Shown: positions 14,235 through 28,374 of the stretch, piece by piece
How the letters are laid out: each line of letters opens with the position of its first letter
Position numbering within the stretch: the stretch's first letter is position 1
Assembly (NCBI GenBank): GCA_964016885.1
Contig: OZ024747.1
Location: 54,374,001-54,438,000 of the forward strand
Reading direction: 5' to 3'
From: Eledone cirrhosa
Lineage: Eukaryota
DNA: 64,000 nt
Notes under the pieces: model-generated
Databases searched by the model: none
Told to the model about the DNA's origin: nothing
Seen by the model: the letters and a program-made list of their open reading frames with translations, nothing else
Position numbers and translations under genes: made by a program

Positions 14235-14358
14235 AAGGCTTCTTTGTTTTACTTTCATAATTCTTCGGCTCTGTTTAATTACATTGAGCTATACCTTTTA
14301 CTGTCATCTCTATAATACGAAGAGGGTGTTTGACTCCAACACGCTCCAGTATTTTAAT

Positions 14359-14448
<90 letters not shown>

Positions 14449-14545
14449 AGATTTGAATGGATACAGTTTAGTTGAAAGTAATTTATTGACACGTGTTTCT
14501 ATAACAGTTACATAACCTAAAACAGCTGCTATCTACAAACTTTTA

Positions 14546-14605
14546 GTTATGCAGACATTCAATATTTCAATGTTATTATTTACTGTCATTTCATCAGAAT
14601 AATAT
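14546..14605 (-). ncRNA. Hammerhead-like motif in 3' pLTR
   Basis: Minus strand CTGATGA-aatg(14 nt)catt-GAAA-tattgaat-GTC; canonical boxes and GUC triplet, but weak stem I. Confidence 0.6.
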
Positions 14606-15178
14606 TACTGAGGACCTATTTAGTTTTTATAGAGAATATTAGGAGGGAGGGGAGAAGTTGTTAGAAGAATAGTTGAAGGAGTGGTTTTTCGATAGCAGTG
14701 AGAATTCTTGGTGGCAGTGAGTAATTAGATTCCCATCTGTTGTTTTGACATTTTTTATATAGAATATATTATTGGTTATTTTTCTAAATCTATAGAAGGA
14801 TTATAGATAGTAAAGATATGCGTGGTTGGTTTTGTGTTTGCACTTAATTAACATTCAGACTTAAATTTTTCTTTCAAGTGTACGTATCCTTTCACCCACG
14901 CATTCACACACAAATATATTTGCACACCTCTACAAAATACATATACTCACAATTCACATATTCATACTTACATATATATACACATGCATACACATATATA
15001 TATACACATGTATTCATGTACATATATACGTGCTCATGTGTATACATTTTCATACTCAACTTATCTTTATATACACACGTGTAGACACACACATATATAC
15101 ATACATACTCTAGTCCATGTGTACACACATACACATACATACACATCCATATACACATATATACATACACATATACAT

Positions 15179-15257
<79 letters not shown>

Positions 15258-15524
15258 CACTTTAATACATGAATACACTTACATCTAACTATACACATCA
15301 AACATATATATATATTTACTTATTTATATACATTTTCACATATATATACATACTTATGGACGTTTTTAAACACATTCATTATCGCATATTTGTACCTATT
15401 CTCATCAGCATATCTTTCCATTATTAGTGTGGTAATTTAAGGTTATTAATATATGTTGAGAAGAGATTGTTTTTATATTTTTCTAACTAGATTAAGGTTT
15501 ATATAGTTGGGGGATGTCCCTCTT

Positions 15525-17845
15525 TTATGTAATATTCGGCTTGTAGTGGGAAAAAAGGGTTTTAGTTCTGTGACGGCAGAATAATGTTCGTTCAATTCTG
15601 TTATTCAGCAGTTTCTTCTTGTGTGTGATTATGTAATAAATCTCAAGATTACACAATTTGCAGAAATTTTGGCTCCTGGAAAAGCTTTGGGTTTTAGCTA
15701 ATTTTTCCCATTTTAGGGTAAACTTTTGATCGCTATCCCTGAGCGTCCAAGCTTTTTCTGCTAAAGTTGTTACATTTCTTTGGCTCTGGTGTTTTATTGA
15801 GTAAGAATGCCTATACAATCGAGATTTAAACGATGTTGCCGTTGATCCCACGTAATACCACTCGTTGCCTCCGGATTTAATGGTACACTTATAAATAATA
15901 TTTTTTTCCAGGCAGTTATTGCCGAGGGGGCAGTTGTCAGGATAGGTGCAGTTACAGTTGTGTACGTTGGGTTTTCTCTGGAGTAGTATTGCGGACGAAC
16001 TTAGGTGTGGTTTATCTATGTTCTGTAGTGTATTGTCTACTGTTTTTTTTGTGTTCTTTGTACTTAAGTTCTTAGTGTTTTCGTTTAACCTTCTAGTATT
16101 GATCTTTTTTATGTGTTGTTCAAGGTTTAACGCTGTAGAGTATGACAGTCTTATAGTGGTAGGGTTTAGGATTTTGTGGTATTTGTGTGATGTGGGAAAA
16201 TGTCTTTTAATTATTTTAAAGAAGAGTACTGGTAAATTTGTACTAATGGAACTATTGTATTCGGGGTTATACCATAAGTACTCTTTGCATCGCTTTCTAT
16301 TAGTTTTGTTTGTTGGTTTACTGGTGTGCATACTATGGTAGTAAGTGTGGTTTGGTGTTGTGTTATTATATCTACCTATGTGGGATTTATTTTGGGTGTT
16401 TTGATTGTTCCCATCTATGTACTCTATTTTGTTGAGGTAGCCTGCTTTACTAAGGGCGTTATCGTAGTACTCGGCGTGTTCCTTAAATACTTGTATGTTA
16501 GAAGATAGACCCGAGATTCTAAGGGAAATATTTTTAGGGATAGATTTAATTATAGAGATGGGGTGGTTAGACCCAACATTTACGTATTTGAGATTTTCAT
16601 TCAATTTATGAAACGGTTTAATCAAACCAGAGTTTAAATTGAGTGTGACATCCAGGAAGTTAACTACTTTAAGGTTGTATTCATATGTTATAGTTAGTCC
16701 TATTTCGAGTAGTAGTTTTCTTATATCTTTGCGTAGTTTTTCTAGTTTTGGGTTATTAAGGTTTTTAGCTAGGAGGAGAACATCGTCGCGGTATATTCCG
16801 CCGTGGAGATTGCTGAATTTTTCCTGGAGTCTAAAGGCGATAAATAACCCACAATATCAGTTATTTCCGCCGAATCGTTAGAGCCCATTGTTATGTCAAA
16901 GTTAGAGGGTCTATCTTTACGTACCCAATAACTGTTCTCAAATTTTACTATAGTTTTCCTAGCTTCTAATATAATCTTAATTTCATCGTTTGTAAGGTCA
17001 GAGTTATCCTTAGCAAACTTAATGGCTCTATTCAAAGTTTCAGGTGATATCGATGAGTAATATTCATCGATATCAAACTGGATAAACTTAGATTTATTCT
17101 TATTGCTAATGCTATTAAACCATCTTATTGCTTCTTGGGTCTTCCCCCAGAGTTTAATGTTAACCTTAGCCTTAATTTGGGGGATGATTCTATCTAAGAT
17201 ATATTTGCTTATTTTACCTATATCTGATTTAGAGGGGCAGATTAATCTAATTTTAGGGTCATTATCAAAGTTTACCTTGTGGTCCTTAAGATTGAAGGTG
17301 GGTACCGCCGGTAAGAGTGGTCCTGTCCTATCTTCGATTCCGAGATTTTTCACTATTTCGCATGCCTCATCATTGATGTGCTTAAGGGTTACTTCACTCG
17401 TTTTTCTATATTTTTTATGTAATTCTTTTCGAATGAAGTTGTTGTATGTAGTGCAATCCATAGTGTACAGGTTTGATGTTTTGTCCGCTTTTACTACAAT
17501 TCCTTTGGTGTTTTTAAGGTCGTCCAGTAGTTTTTTTATATCTTTCTGTAATTTGCTGTTGGTGTTGCGTCCTTTGAATTTAATTTTAAGGATTAAGTTC
17601 ATAAGGTCCTGCTCAAATGCATCTAATAGTGGGTTGGTGGGTGGGTTTTTACAAGTCCTAAAACCGAATTTGTTGTTTACACCACTTTCTAATGTTGAGT
17701 TCATACGGCTTCTATCATAGTGGAGCGTTTTCCACCTGACACGTCGAATGAATTCATTAGTTTTTTGAATCATACTCAATAAATATTCCTTTTTACCTTG
17801 GGTTGGTATGTTTTTGAGTGACATATCCAGGTAGTGTTTTTCCAT
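15525..17845 (-). pseudogene. PLE polyprotein (RT + GIY-YIG endonuclease), ~773 aa if one base is restored near 16848
   Basis: ORF 16769-17845 has FDIDEYYSSI and FDITMGSNDSAEITDIVG. The shifted frame reads LFIAFRLQEKFSNLHGGIYRDDVLL...VNFLDVTLNL without stops into ORF 15525-16625 (CNC..CPLGNNC...IIYKC...YYVGST..FKSR...CKLCNLE...LLN.R.E...CRH). Confidence 0.92.
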
Positions 17846-18112
17846 TGTTGTGGTTGCGTTTGCTGTGTGGGTTGCTCGACTTTACAGGAGGTAAATATAC
17901 AGTATTTTCCGTTGTGTTGTAATATAAATATTACACACAGTAGATTATCAGCTCACGTAGAGTTTGCTCGACGGTTCCAGTTGTAGTTCCAAAAGTAATC
18001 CGGAGAAAAATAGAAAGATTTGAATGGATACAGTTTAGTTGAAAGGAATTTATTGACACGTGTTTCTATAACAGTTACATAACCTAAAACAGCTGCTATC
18101 TACAAACTTTTA

Positions 18113-18172
18113 GTTATGCAGACATTCAATATTTCAATGTTATTATTTACTGTCATTTCATCAGAATAATAT
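18113..18172 (-). ncRNA. Hammerhead-like motif in 5' pLTR
   Basis: Identical to 14546-14605. Confidence 0.6.
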
Positions 18173-18305
18173 TACTGAGGACCTATTTAGTTTTTATAGA
18201 GAATATTAGGAGGGAGGGGTGAAGTTGTTAGAAGAATAGTTGAAGGAGTGGTTTTTCGATAGCAGTGAGAATTCTTGGTGGCAGTGAGTAATTAGATTTC
18301 CATCT

Positions 18306-18505
18306 NNNNNNNNNNNNNNNNNNNNNNNNNNNNNNNNNNNNNNNNNNNNNNNNNNNNNNNNNNNNNNNNNNNNNNNNNNNNNNNNNNNNNNNNNNNNNNN
18401 NNNNNNNNNNNNNNNNNNNNNNNNNNNNNNNNNNNNNNNNNNNNNNNNNNNNNNNNNNNNNNNNNNNNNNNNNNNNNNNNNNNNNNNNNNNNNNNNNNNN
18501 NNNNN
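18306..18505. other. Assembly gap (200 N)
   Basis: Run of N. Confidence 1.
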
Positions 18506-18555
18506 TACACATTTGCCCTAATTTCAACGCCATTTCCTCGAAGTTATTCGCGCAT

Positions 18556-18590
<35 letters not shown>

Positions 18591-18660
18591 CATACATACA
18601 TATATGTATGGTATACATGCACACACACATAGACACACACGCACACACACACATAGACAC

Positions 18661-18700
<40 letters not shown>

Positions 18701-18745
18701 ACACACATACACTCACCCCATCCACCGCCACCCACCCCATATATA

Positions 18746-18776
<31 letters not shown>

Positions 18777-18919
18777 CAGTCATATATATATATATGCATA
18801 CATACAAGCATGTATATATGTATATGTATATACAAAAAAATATCTATATATACGTATACGCACACACATACACATGTACATGTAAATATATATAATATAT
18901 ATTACATATATATACGCAT

Positions 18920-18982
<63 letters not shown>

Positions 18983-19019
18983 ATATATATATATGTATGT
19001 ATATATATATACACACATA

Positions 19020-19056
<37 letters not shown>

Positions 19057-19064
19057 TATATATA

Positions 19065-19100
<36 letters not shown>

Positions 19101-19569
19101 CACAAGGATCATTTTGTTTTATTCTTGATGGACTCTAGTATTTCTTTTGTCGACAAACGTGTTTTTTATTTAATTATTTTTATTATCATTTTACTTCTCA
19201 CTGTTGTCCATGTCTAAAAACAATAGTTGTATCTTTCTTATTAATATAGCCGCGGGGTGTAATGTACAAGTCTAAAGGATCGCTCTACATTAGGTATCAA
19301 CTAAATTCTAGTTTCGAATATTTTGCAGCGTATTTCTTCTATTTTGTTTTCCACGCCATCTTGTATTTATAACTTTTTACTCTTATATATTTTTATATTC
19401 ATTTTTTACACTACGTCTATTATATTTTTACATTATCTTATTTCTAAATACTACTTTATATATAAATTTATATACTTTCTTATTTATTTTTATTTATTAC
19501 ATTACTGTTTATATATTTATTTCGGCCGCTCTTATTGTGGCTATTAATATTGGTAGTTTTTTTGCTTGC

Positions 19570-20155
19570 TCTTTTTTGTTATTGTTGTTGTTGTTGTTAT
19601 TGTTGTTGTTTTTGTCGTTGTTGATGATGTTGTTGTTGTTGTTGTTGTTGTTGATGTTGCTGCTGTTGTTGTTGCTGTTGTTGTCGTTTTGATGTTGTTG
19701 TTGTCGTTATTGTTGTTGTTGCCGTGTTGTTGTTGTTGTCGTCGTTGATGTTGTTGATGATGATATTTCTAATGTTATTGTTGTTTTTATGTTATGTTTG
19801 CGGATTTTTGTTGTTGATGTTGTTATTTTATTTCTTTTAGCTATTGTTGTTGTTGTTGTTGATGCTGTGATGCTGTCGGTGTATATATTGTTACTGTTGA
19901 TAATTTATTGATGTTGTTGTTGTTGGTGATGGTGGTGCTGATGCTTATATTAATGACGGTGTTGATGTTGACGGTTTTGACATTGTTTGCGCAGAAGATG
20001 CTGTTGTTGTTCTACATGATGATGTTGTTGGTGTTTTCGGATTTTAAGATTTTGTTGTTGATATTGTTGTTATTGTTGATGGTGTTGATATTGATGTTGT
20101 TGATATTGTTGTTATTGCTGATGGCGTTGATATTGATGTTGTTGATGATGTTGTT
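19570..20155. repeat. Degenerate (GTT/GAT)n trinucleotide tract
   Basis: Direct observation; gives poly-V/L pseudo-ORFs. Confidence 0.9.
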
Positions 20156-20340
20156 TAATTCAATCCAATTCAGCCATTATTATATTTTTAGTATACGTTA
20201 GTCGTGTGTTTTATTTTTCTAATTGGTTAGGGCTGAGTCTCTCCAGGATCAGCTAGGCTTGCTGCAGAGAAATGTTGTTCTTTATACGCCTAAATATACA
20301 CACACACAAACACACACACAAACACACACACAAACACACA

Positions 20341-20537
<197 letters not shown>

Positions 20538-21610
20538 ATTTCGTTGGCTTATATGAAGCATCATATTTGTCTGTATATTGGGCAGTATATTTTATTTTGT
20601 AGTATCTACGGTTCAGATCAAGGTATAAATGGTAAGCTATAAGGAACTGTGAGGGAGAAGTTAGAATATAATACAACACAATATGACCTGGACATATGGA
20701 AACACCGATACACATACTTCGATAGGTAACGGATTTACCAAGACAGGAATAATATAGAATAATATGTTTGATGAAGGATAATTACTCGAAAGCAAAGCAC
20801 TCTCTATCAAGTGCAAAAATCTAACCCAGCAAATAAGGCTTGTAGACTGTAGTCAGGTGTTCGTAACTATACTAACACTAATCCTAATACTAATTCTAAA
20901 CGAACAACACCTCCCCGAAAATAAAACCAATAATAAATTTTAAAAAACCGAATGAATAAGACCATCTAATACCAAATTCGTAACTATAACATTCATTAAA
21001 AGAAATCTAATTACAAACTAAATGTCTATACTAGATCAAAGATATCTTCCATTATTCCTACCATCATTCATATTTCCTAACTCCGTAAACCTAAGCACCA
21101 ACCTGCTCTAGGATCTACACATATTAAAGACAATTCTTGTGCGCAAGCCCGGGTGATCATATTTTGAGTAAGACTAGCAGTCATCCATACATAAATATTT
21201 CTCGTCTCTCCGTCGTTGATGTTGTTTACGAGAAAGTTAAAGGCCAACTGTGATGTGATAGGTAAAGTGAGAACTCAAAATTGAGGAAAGGACACCACAA
21301 AGATCTTGGGGAGGAAGTGTCGAAGTATAAATCCTTCGTCCTATGAGATATAAATTCGTCCCCAAAGAGATATCCATAATGAAACGGTGATATGTAGAGA
21401 GCTGTATTGTAGCCTTTTGTTATATAGTTGTTTCGTTTTTCACTATTCCTGTAAGTTTTTATACCGAATAATCTCCCCTCCCATTCTACTATTTTTCCAT
21501 ACGTATATATTATTGATGTTACGTAGACGGCATTCATTACAATACTTCATTCTTAATATCTCTCTCCCCTCTCTCCTTCTCTCTCTCTTTATACACACCT
21601 ATATATATAT

Positions 21611-21711
<101 letters not shown>

Positions 21712-23432
21712 TATATATATATATATCTGTGTGTGTATGTCTCTGTGTGTGTGTGTGCGTGTGTGTTTGCATCTAAGTATAGTGTGCATCTCTGTGTGTA
21801 TGTGTGTATGTATGTTTGTATGCATGCATGAAAGTGTGAGTATAACATAAAACGCCGCCATATGGTCATAATACATGGAAATGCTACAACAGTTATTAAT
21901 TCGATACTGGGCTCCAGATATTACAGATAAATTATTATAGTTCACTCTTATCATTTCCCCCGTTTAACAAATAATATGTAAAGTCACACATGTCTCATTG
22001 CTCATTGCATTCACCAAATATCCACGTTCAATCAAAAATACATACGTCATCAACGTGAGTAACAACAATAACAACATCAGCATATCAAGCAAATGTAATA
22101 TAACCAATTATTATAACGCTTAATAAGAAGTATATACCCAAAACATAAAAAAACAAAATTTTATGATAAATAACACGAAATAAACAGATAACATACAACA
22201 GATACAAAATAGAAATAAAATATAAGGTAAATGGCACAAACAACATGGTATTCTTAAGATTAACAACACCAACGCCAGCAACATTTCTAGCTATAACAAC
22301 ACCAACATTATTAGTATAAGTAATTACGACTAACTGCATAATTTACAATCGTATAACAAAAATAACAGCAAAATCACGCGAAAAATCTAAGAAAAAAAAT
22401 CAAGATTATAATAAAATAAAAAGCTAGTAACAAAATCAGAAATTCCAATTCATATACCAAAGATTTCTTTCCAATAAAGGAAAACTTGTCGTATTTCAAT
22501 GAAATGCATCCTTTCATCCAAAATATGCGTGTACAAGAGAAATGGTCATGGTAGCTGGTTCTTAATTCAGAAACCAACATTACAAATCTCAAGTATTTTA
22601 TAATATGACAAGAGAAACATATGCACTTGCGGGAGATAAATGTGAGCACGTTTGCATGTGTAATTTGCTATGAAAACTGATCTTTAAAAAAGATGTAAAT
22701 AAATAAATAAACAACAACAACAACAACAGCAGCAACAACAGCAACAACAACAACAACAACAATAATAATAATAATAATAATAATAAAAATAACCAAGATG
22801 AAGGTATTTGGTCCATAACGTATAGAAGCGGTGTACTAGAAATGTTTCGCGAAGAAAAATCTATTGAAAAACAAAAGGTTGACCAAATTATAACATTTTC
22901 TTTGAAAGCAACTATTTGTAATTATATATTTGTCCTTTATTTTTATTCAAAGAAAATAGCCAAAGCAAATATTTCCTATATTATGAATTGGGATCAGATC
23001 TGGAACATTGCAAAAACAGATTACATTTAGGGAATTTTAGATATGTATGCATATATGTGCATTTATGTGTTTCTGTGTATGTGTGTATGTGTGTATGTAT
23101 GTAAGTATGTATGCATATATGTATGTAAGTATATATGTATATATGTATGTATGTATCTGTGGATGTGTGGATGTATGTATTCATGTATGCATCTATGTAT
23201 GTGTGAGTGTATATGAGTGTATGTATGTATGTCTATGTATGCATGCATTTATACGTGTAATGTATGTAAGTATGAATGTGTGTATGTATGAATGTATGTA
23301 TGTATATGTATATATATATATATACACATATATATATATATATATATATATTGTTATACTCCCAAAGTATAACAATGTCTGTTACAACACACGTTTTCAG
23401 ATAACAAATCTTGCAAGACATTAAAAATCAAG

Positions 23433-23503
<71 letters not shown>

Positions 23504-23663
23504 CTTTAGATAGATAGATTGATATAGTATAAATTCATAGATATAGATGTAGAGGGTAGGAGAGAGGGTCTACAGTGCCCGAGTGTACCATGTGGGATTA
23601 TATTTATATAGGTTTAATATGCACACACACACATAAGCACGCACACACACACACACACACACT

Positions 23664-23756
<93 letters not shown>

Positions 23757-23763
23757 ATCATAT

Positions 23764-23845
<82 letters not shown>

Positions 23846-23965
23846 ATGTGTGTGTATCAAAAACTAATTTGATTAAATTAAATTAAGGGAGTCATGTCCG
23901 AGAGACATGCGCCATATCCACTGTAGAATAAGCTAAAAGATTCCAATGAATAGATCCGAGCATTT

Positions 23966-24104
23966 TATATCAACTACACATTGATTGCCATATATATATA
24001 TTTAAAATAAAAACGTGAAACAATTACATGGGATATCCCCTGTGATTGTTTCACGTGTTTATTTTAAATATAAATATATGGCAATCAATTTCTAGTTGAT
24101 ATAT
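23966..24104. repeat. Imperfect palindrome (~69-bp arms) centred on gggat|atccc
   Basis: Arms are reverse complementary with scattered mismatches; lies between TA tracts. Confidence 0.85.
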
Positions 24105-24112
24105 ATATATAT

Positions 24113-24514
24113 AGTAATAATAATAAATGTGAAGACTAAAATCCAAAGAGAGCTCGATAAGGATACATATATATCAAATATATAAGAACCCTAGAAATGC
24201 TATTCGCCAATAATCACATCTTAAACAAAAATTTGAGGCAATTTCGGCTTGTAAACACAAATTGCATAACATTTTCCTGTATTACAGTCCGACATTATAC
24301 CCTAACGGATAGTACGAACAACACGCGGATAATTTACTTCTTGATGTGGAAACGTCTTCACGAACCAAAGTATCGTCTCCCTGTTTTCCTTCGGTTGCAC
24401 CATTTTTCGAAATTTTTACTTCTGCATATACAGATTGATTTTTTTTTAGTTCCAGAAGATCCAGTAAAGGGTGAAATCAGCGATTCTTTGCTTAAACTTT
24501 AATCTGTTATTTTA

Positions 24515-24515
<1 letters not shown>
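24113..24515. mobile_element. PLE-end remnant within (TA)n, with hammerhead-like CAGAAGA...GAAA motif
   Basis: Homologous to 13091-13450; cagaaga-tcc..gggt-gaaa-tcagcgatt near 24453-24485. Confidence 0.7.
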
Positions 24516-24594
<79 letters not shown>

Positions 24595-24625
24595 AGTAAG
24601 AATATTTTGCGAGTGGGTTTGAAAT

Positions 24626-24859
24626 TATTAGAAATGTAAGTTATCGCCGTATTTTAAGTAAAGAAATTAAAGAAATTATTTAGCCTCATAGTGGGGTTAA
24701 GAACCCTCGGAGAAATGGAAAATAGATGAGTATTGACGTACATGTACGTCAATACTCATCTATTTTCCATTTCTCCGAGGGTTCTTAACCCCACTATCAG
24801 GCTAAATAATTTCTTTAATTTCTTTAGTCAAAATACGGCGATAACTTACATTTCTAATA
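24626..24859. repeat. Spacerless palindrome with 117-bp arms
   Basis: Centre gacgtaca|tgtacgtc at 24742/24743; 3 mismatches seen; preceded by a ~35-bp unpaired tail and flanked by (TA)n. Confidence 0.95.
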
Positions 24860-25760
24860 TATATATATATATATACTGATCGTGGTCGCAGGTAGAATGT
24901 GCAAAATATAGAGGAACGAAAGCTGGAGTTAAAGCTCTCACACATAAACATACACATGCACTTCACACACAGACATTCACACACATGGACAAACGCACGC
25001 ACATACACACTCACAACTCATTATCGTCTGCTGATAGCTTTTATACGAAGTTACATTTACATTTCAGAGTATCTATCATCTGTCTTTACCGTATTCTTAA
25101 ATTCTGGTTTTATTTAATGATGTTTTTAAAGTTTGAGTCTGTGCAATATAATGAATCGCTTCAGTCAAACATAAGGGCCGTGAATTTCTCCATCTATTTT
25201 CCTTACTATATTTACACATAGATATATTGAAGCTACTATTACACTAATTCACACGCTCATTCTCCTAAAACTGACCATCACATGTCGAGTATGACGCTAG
25301 CAGGAAAATAATTCTGGGTCTTAATCAAAGGCTGGTTGTTTGTGTGAACCGTCATATGCTTGTGTGAATGTGCCTCATATACGTAGTCTTATTCATTGTG
25401 ACTCGTTGAATCGCCTAGACAACTACGTCGATTGTCCCGTGTGAGGGTAAATATCAATCAGACAAACATTAATTTCAAAAGTGGTTTGCCCCATTGATCG
25501 AAATATTCGAACATTTGACATCGGAACTAACAGATTTGCAACAACAACGGTAACATAAGCAAGTATTTTGCATGGGAATATCTAACTGCAAAATAATGTT
25601 TTGATCGGTTGTAAGAAGATGGAGTATTATATACTAACAAAAGAAGGAAAAGAATATAGGTCAGGTTAGAAATGATATTTTTAAGAAGATATTTTTGTTT
25701 ATTATTTATTTCCTGTCACTGTGGCCATGATGGGGCAATACGATACTATTGTTACTGTTT

Positions 25761-25799
<39 letters not shown>

Positions 25800-25983
25800 A
25801 GCTCAGATATATGCATTCACACACACACACGCAAATAGAGACACATATTCACACACATATATATGAATAGATAGATATTTAAGTTGAGAGACAGATATCC
25901 AGATAGAGAAATAAATATATACACATAAATAACGTCACAAATACTTAGATGTAGTTATATATATGCATATATATATATGTATG

Positions 25984-26042
<59 letters not shown>

Positions 26043-26495
26043 TTATTTATTTATTTATTGTTGTACATATGATGAATCTCACTTTTCTAATTTGGCAATT
26101 AAATATAAGAATGGAAGTAGTTATTGGCAAGGGATGGCAACCAGTTTTTGGCAAAATTAAGATAAATATTTTGGCCACAAAGATGATTTGTTGAAATACG
26201 TCTACAACACAACACACCTATTAAACCTTTACACTGCCTCATACACACACACACACACACACACATATATAAATATATATATATATACATATACATATAA
26301 ATAGACGTATGTACACAAACATATATATATTAATATAAGAAATCATTTTTATGGTATATTATTAATATATATTATTACATATATATATGATATATATTTA
26401 AAGGCAGACACGCACATACACACACACATATATATAAAATATTGATTTGAAACTAAAGATGACATTTATATACAACCACAATCAGACGTATACAC

Positions 26496-26535
<40 letters not shown>

Positions 26536-26644
26536 TCCACCATCAATTCTAGCCTCAAACGTAAATTCTATATTCTATCATTCTATCCAAAATCAATAAG
26601 TTGGAATTAATTAATTTGTCTTGCTTTGTCTTCTAATTTGTTTC

Positions 26645-26756
<112 letters not shown>

Positions 26757-28374
26757 GCCATTATTTATATATATATATTTACCATTTATTCCCTGTTTCA
26801 TTTTCATATATTCCTATCAATATTGTGTTTTTTGTTTTCGTATTACCTTCTCCTACCCCGCTGCTTTTTAATGATGTGCCTGGACGTCTGACTAGTATGT
26901 AATAGTCTTCTATATAGTATATATCTCATCAAAATTGGTGTAGTTAGAATGCCAAAACTTCACCAATCGATTCAACATCAACAATAGACTACTTACTCTC
27001 ATTTGATTCCAAACTGCGCTGATATTTATTTTGTCGTTGTTATAGCTGGACACATAGTCTTGTTCTTTTTGGTTTGTTTTGTTATCATATGTGTTGTTGT
27101 TATTGTGTTTTGTTGTTAACTTTTTTTTGTTTTTTTTTGGTTTGGTCATTTGTATTTCTGTTGTTGCAGCCGTCGTTGTTGATTTTGTTATTGTTGTTGC
27201 AATCGTCGATTTTCGCTGTTGTTGTTGATGTTGTGGTCATCTTGCTTATTGATGTTATTTGACTATTTTTTTTAAATTTATATTGTTAGTGCCGTTGTTA
27301 TTTTTGTTGTTGTTTCTATTGTAATGCTTGTTTCATTAATGTTGTTGTTGTTATTTTTATAATTTGTGTTGCAGTCTTCGCTTTTATTGTTGCTCTGGTT
27401 ATTGTTGTGGCAGATGTCGATTTATTGTTGTTGTTATGTTCACAGTGGTTGTTGTTTTCATTGCAGTTGTCATTGTTATTGTTTTGGTTAGTGTTGTTGT
27501 AGTGGTCTTTTTCATTATTCTTTGTCTAGTCGTCGTTTTCATAATGGTTGTAGTTGCTTCAGTTATTTTATTATACTTTTTTTTCTTCATTGATGATGAT
27601 AAATGTGATAAAGATGATTGGTCACATGTCATTCCTTTATTGAATGAAAGCCTTATGATCGACTTCGCTCCAGCCTTGACCATCCTCATCTTTTTGTATT
27701 TAGGAGAACATTGTCGATTATTACCATGTTATTTTAATACTGTAGATGCATGAGAATTTCTGGTCTCGCTTGAGGTTCCAGCCGGATTAGTTGGAGTCGG
27801 TTGCTTCTGACCGGACCCGCTGGCAGGAGTGTCTTAGGACTCTGCATACTCGACCCTCTCAGGCATAATTTTACGAGAAAGAAGATTGTATGTTAAAAAT
27901 AATTCGACTGATATTTCAAGCAGGATTAAACTGATACACAGCGTTATAGTTTTAAGTGTCACGTGACTCTTATTACTATTGATGATAATGATGGTGATTC
28001 GGGAACTATTTCTGCCCTTATCTATCAATTAAACAATCAAAAACGTTTCTAGCCGTCACTATGCTATTCTATATTTTAGGGCTGATACATCTTTGACAAA
28101 ATTATGCAACATATTCAATGTTGCTTTAAAGATTTTGTTGATTGGAGTGTAACACGGCTACTATGTTCAGCAATTTGAGTGATCATGCAGTGACTTCCAT
28201 ATTGCATGCAATCGGGATTATATTAACCACGAGAGGGAGGAGGCAAGATAATCTGACAAGCGATATTTTGTCACAAATGTTGGTAGTTGGGAGAGAATTT
28301 TTAGGAAGATTTCTGTTCGTGTTTTCCCCTCAAGTTTTAGCTTTTACTGCGCTCAATATCTTCCCCATTTTTAC

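Larger units (their letters stand above)
14443..18305 (-). mobile_element. Near-intact Penelope-like element, Naiad-type, with direct pLTRs
   Basis: Direct repeats 14443-14738 and 18010-18305 (3 substitutions seen in 296 bp). ORF begins MEKHYLDMSLKNIP and has RT and C-terminal GIY-YIG. The 3' end abuts (TA)n; the 5' side runs into the assembly gap. Confidence 0.95.

Noticed and set aside
15946-17720. Plus-strand ORFs 15946-16341, 16639-16881 and 17103-17720
   Set aside because: They are antisense shadows of the PLE ORF.
14740-17845. Selenoprotein-type Naiad (in-frame UGA plus SECIS)
   Set aside because: The reconstructed ORF has no in-frame TGA and I could not identify a SECIS by eye.
18228-18740. 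ORFs spanning X runs
   Set aside because: Artefacts of the N gap.
20603-20631. Possible 29-nt micro-exon (ttttgtag|...ATG|gtaagc)
   Set aside because: Good splice signals but no partner exons and not frame-preserving; expected by chance in AT-rich DNA. Needs RNA-seq.
20865-20900. Telomere-like ctaa-periodic stretch
   Set aside because: Only a few highly degenerate hexamers, not an interstitial (TTAGGG)n array.
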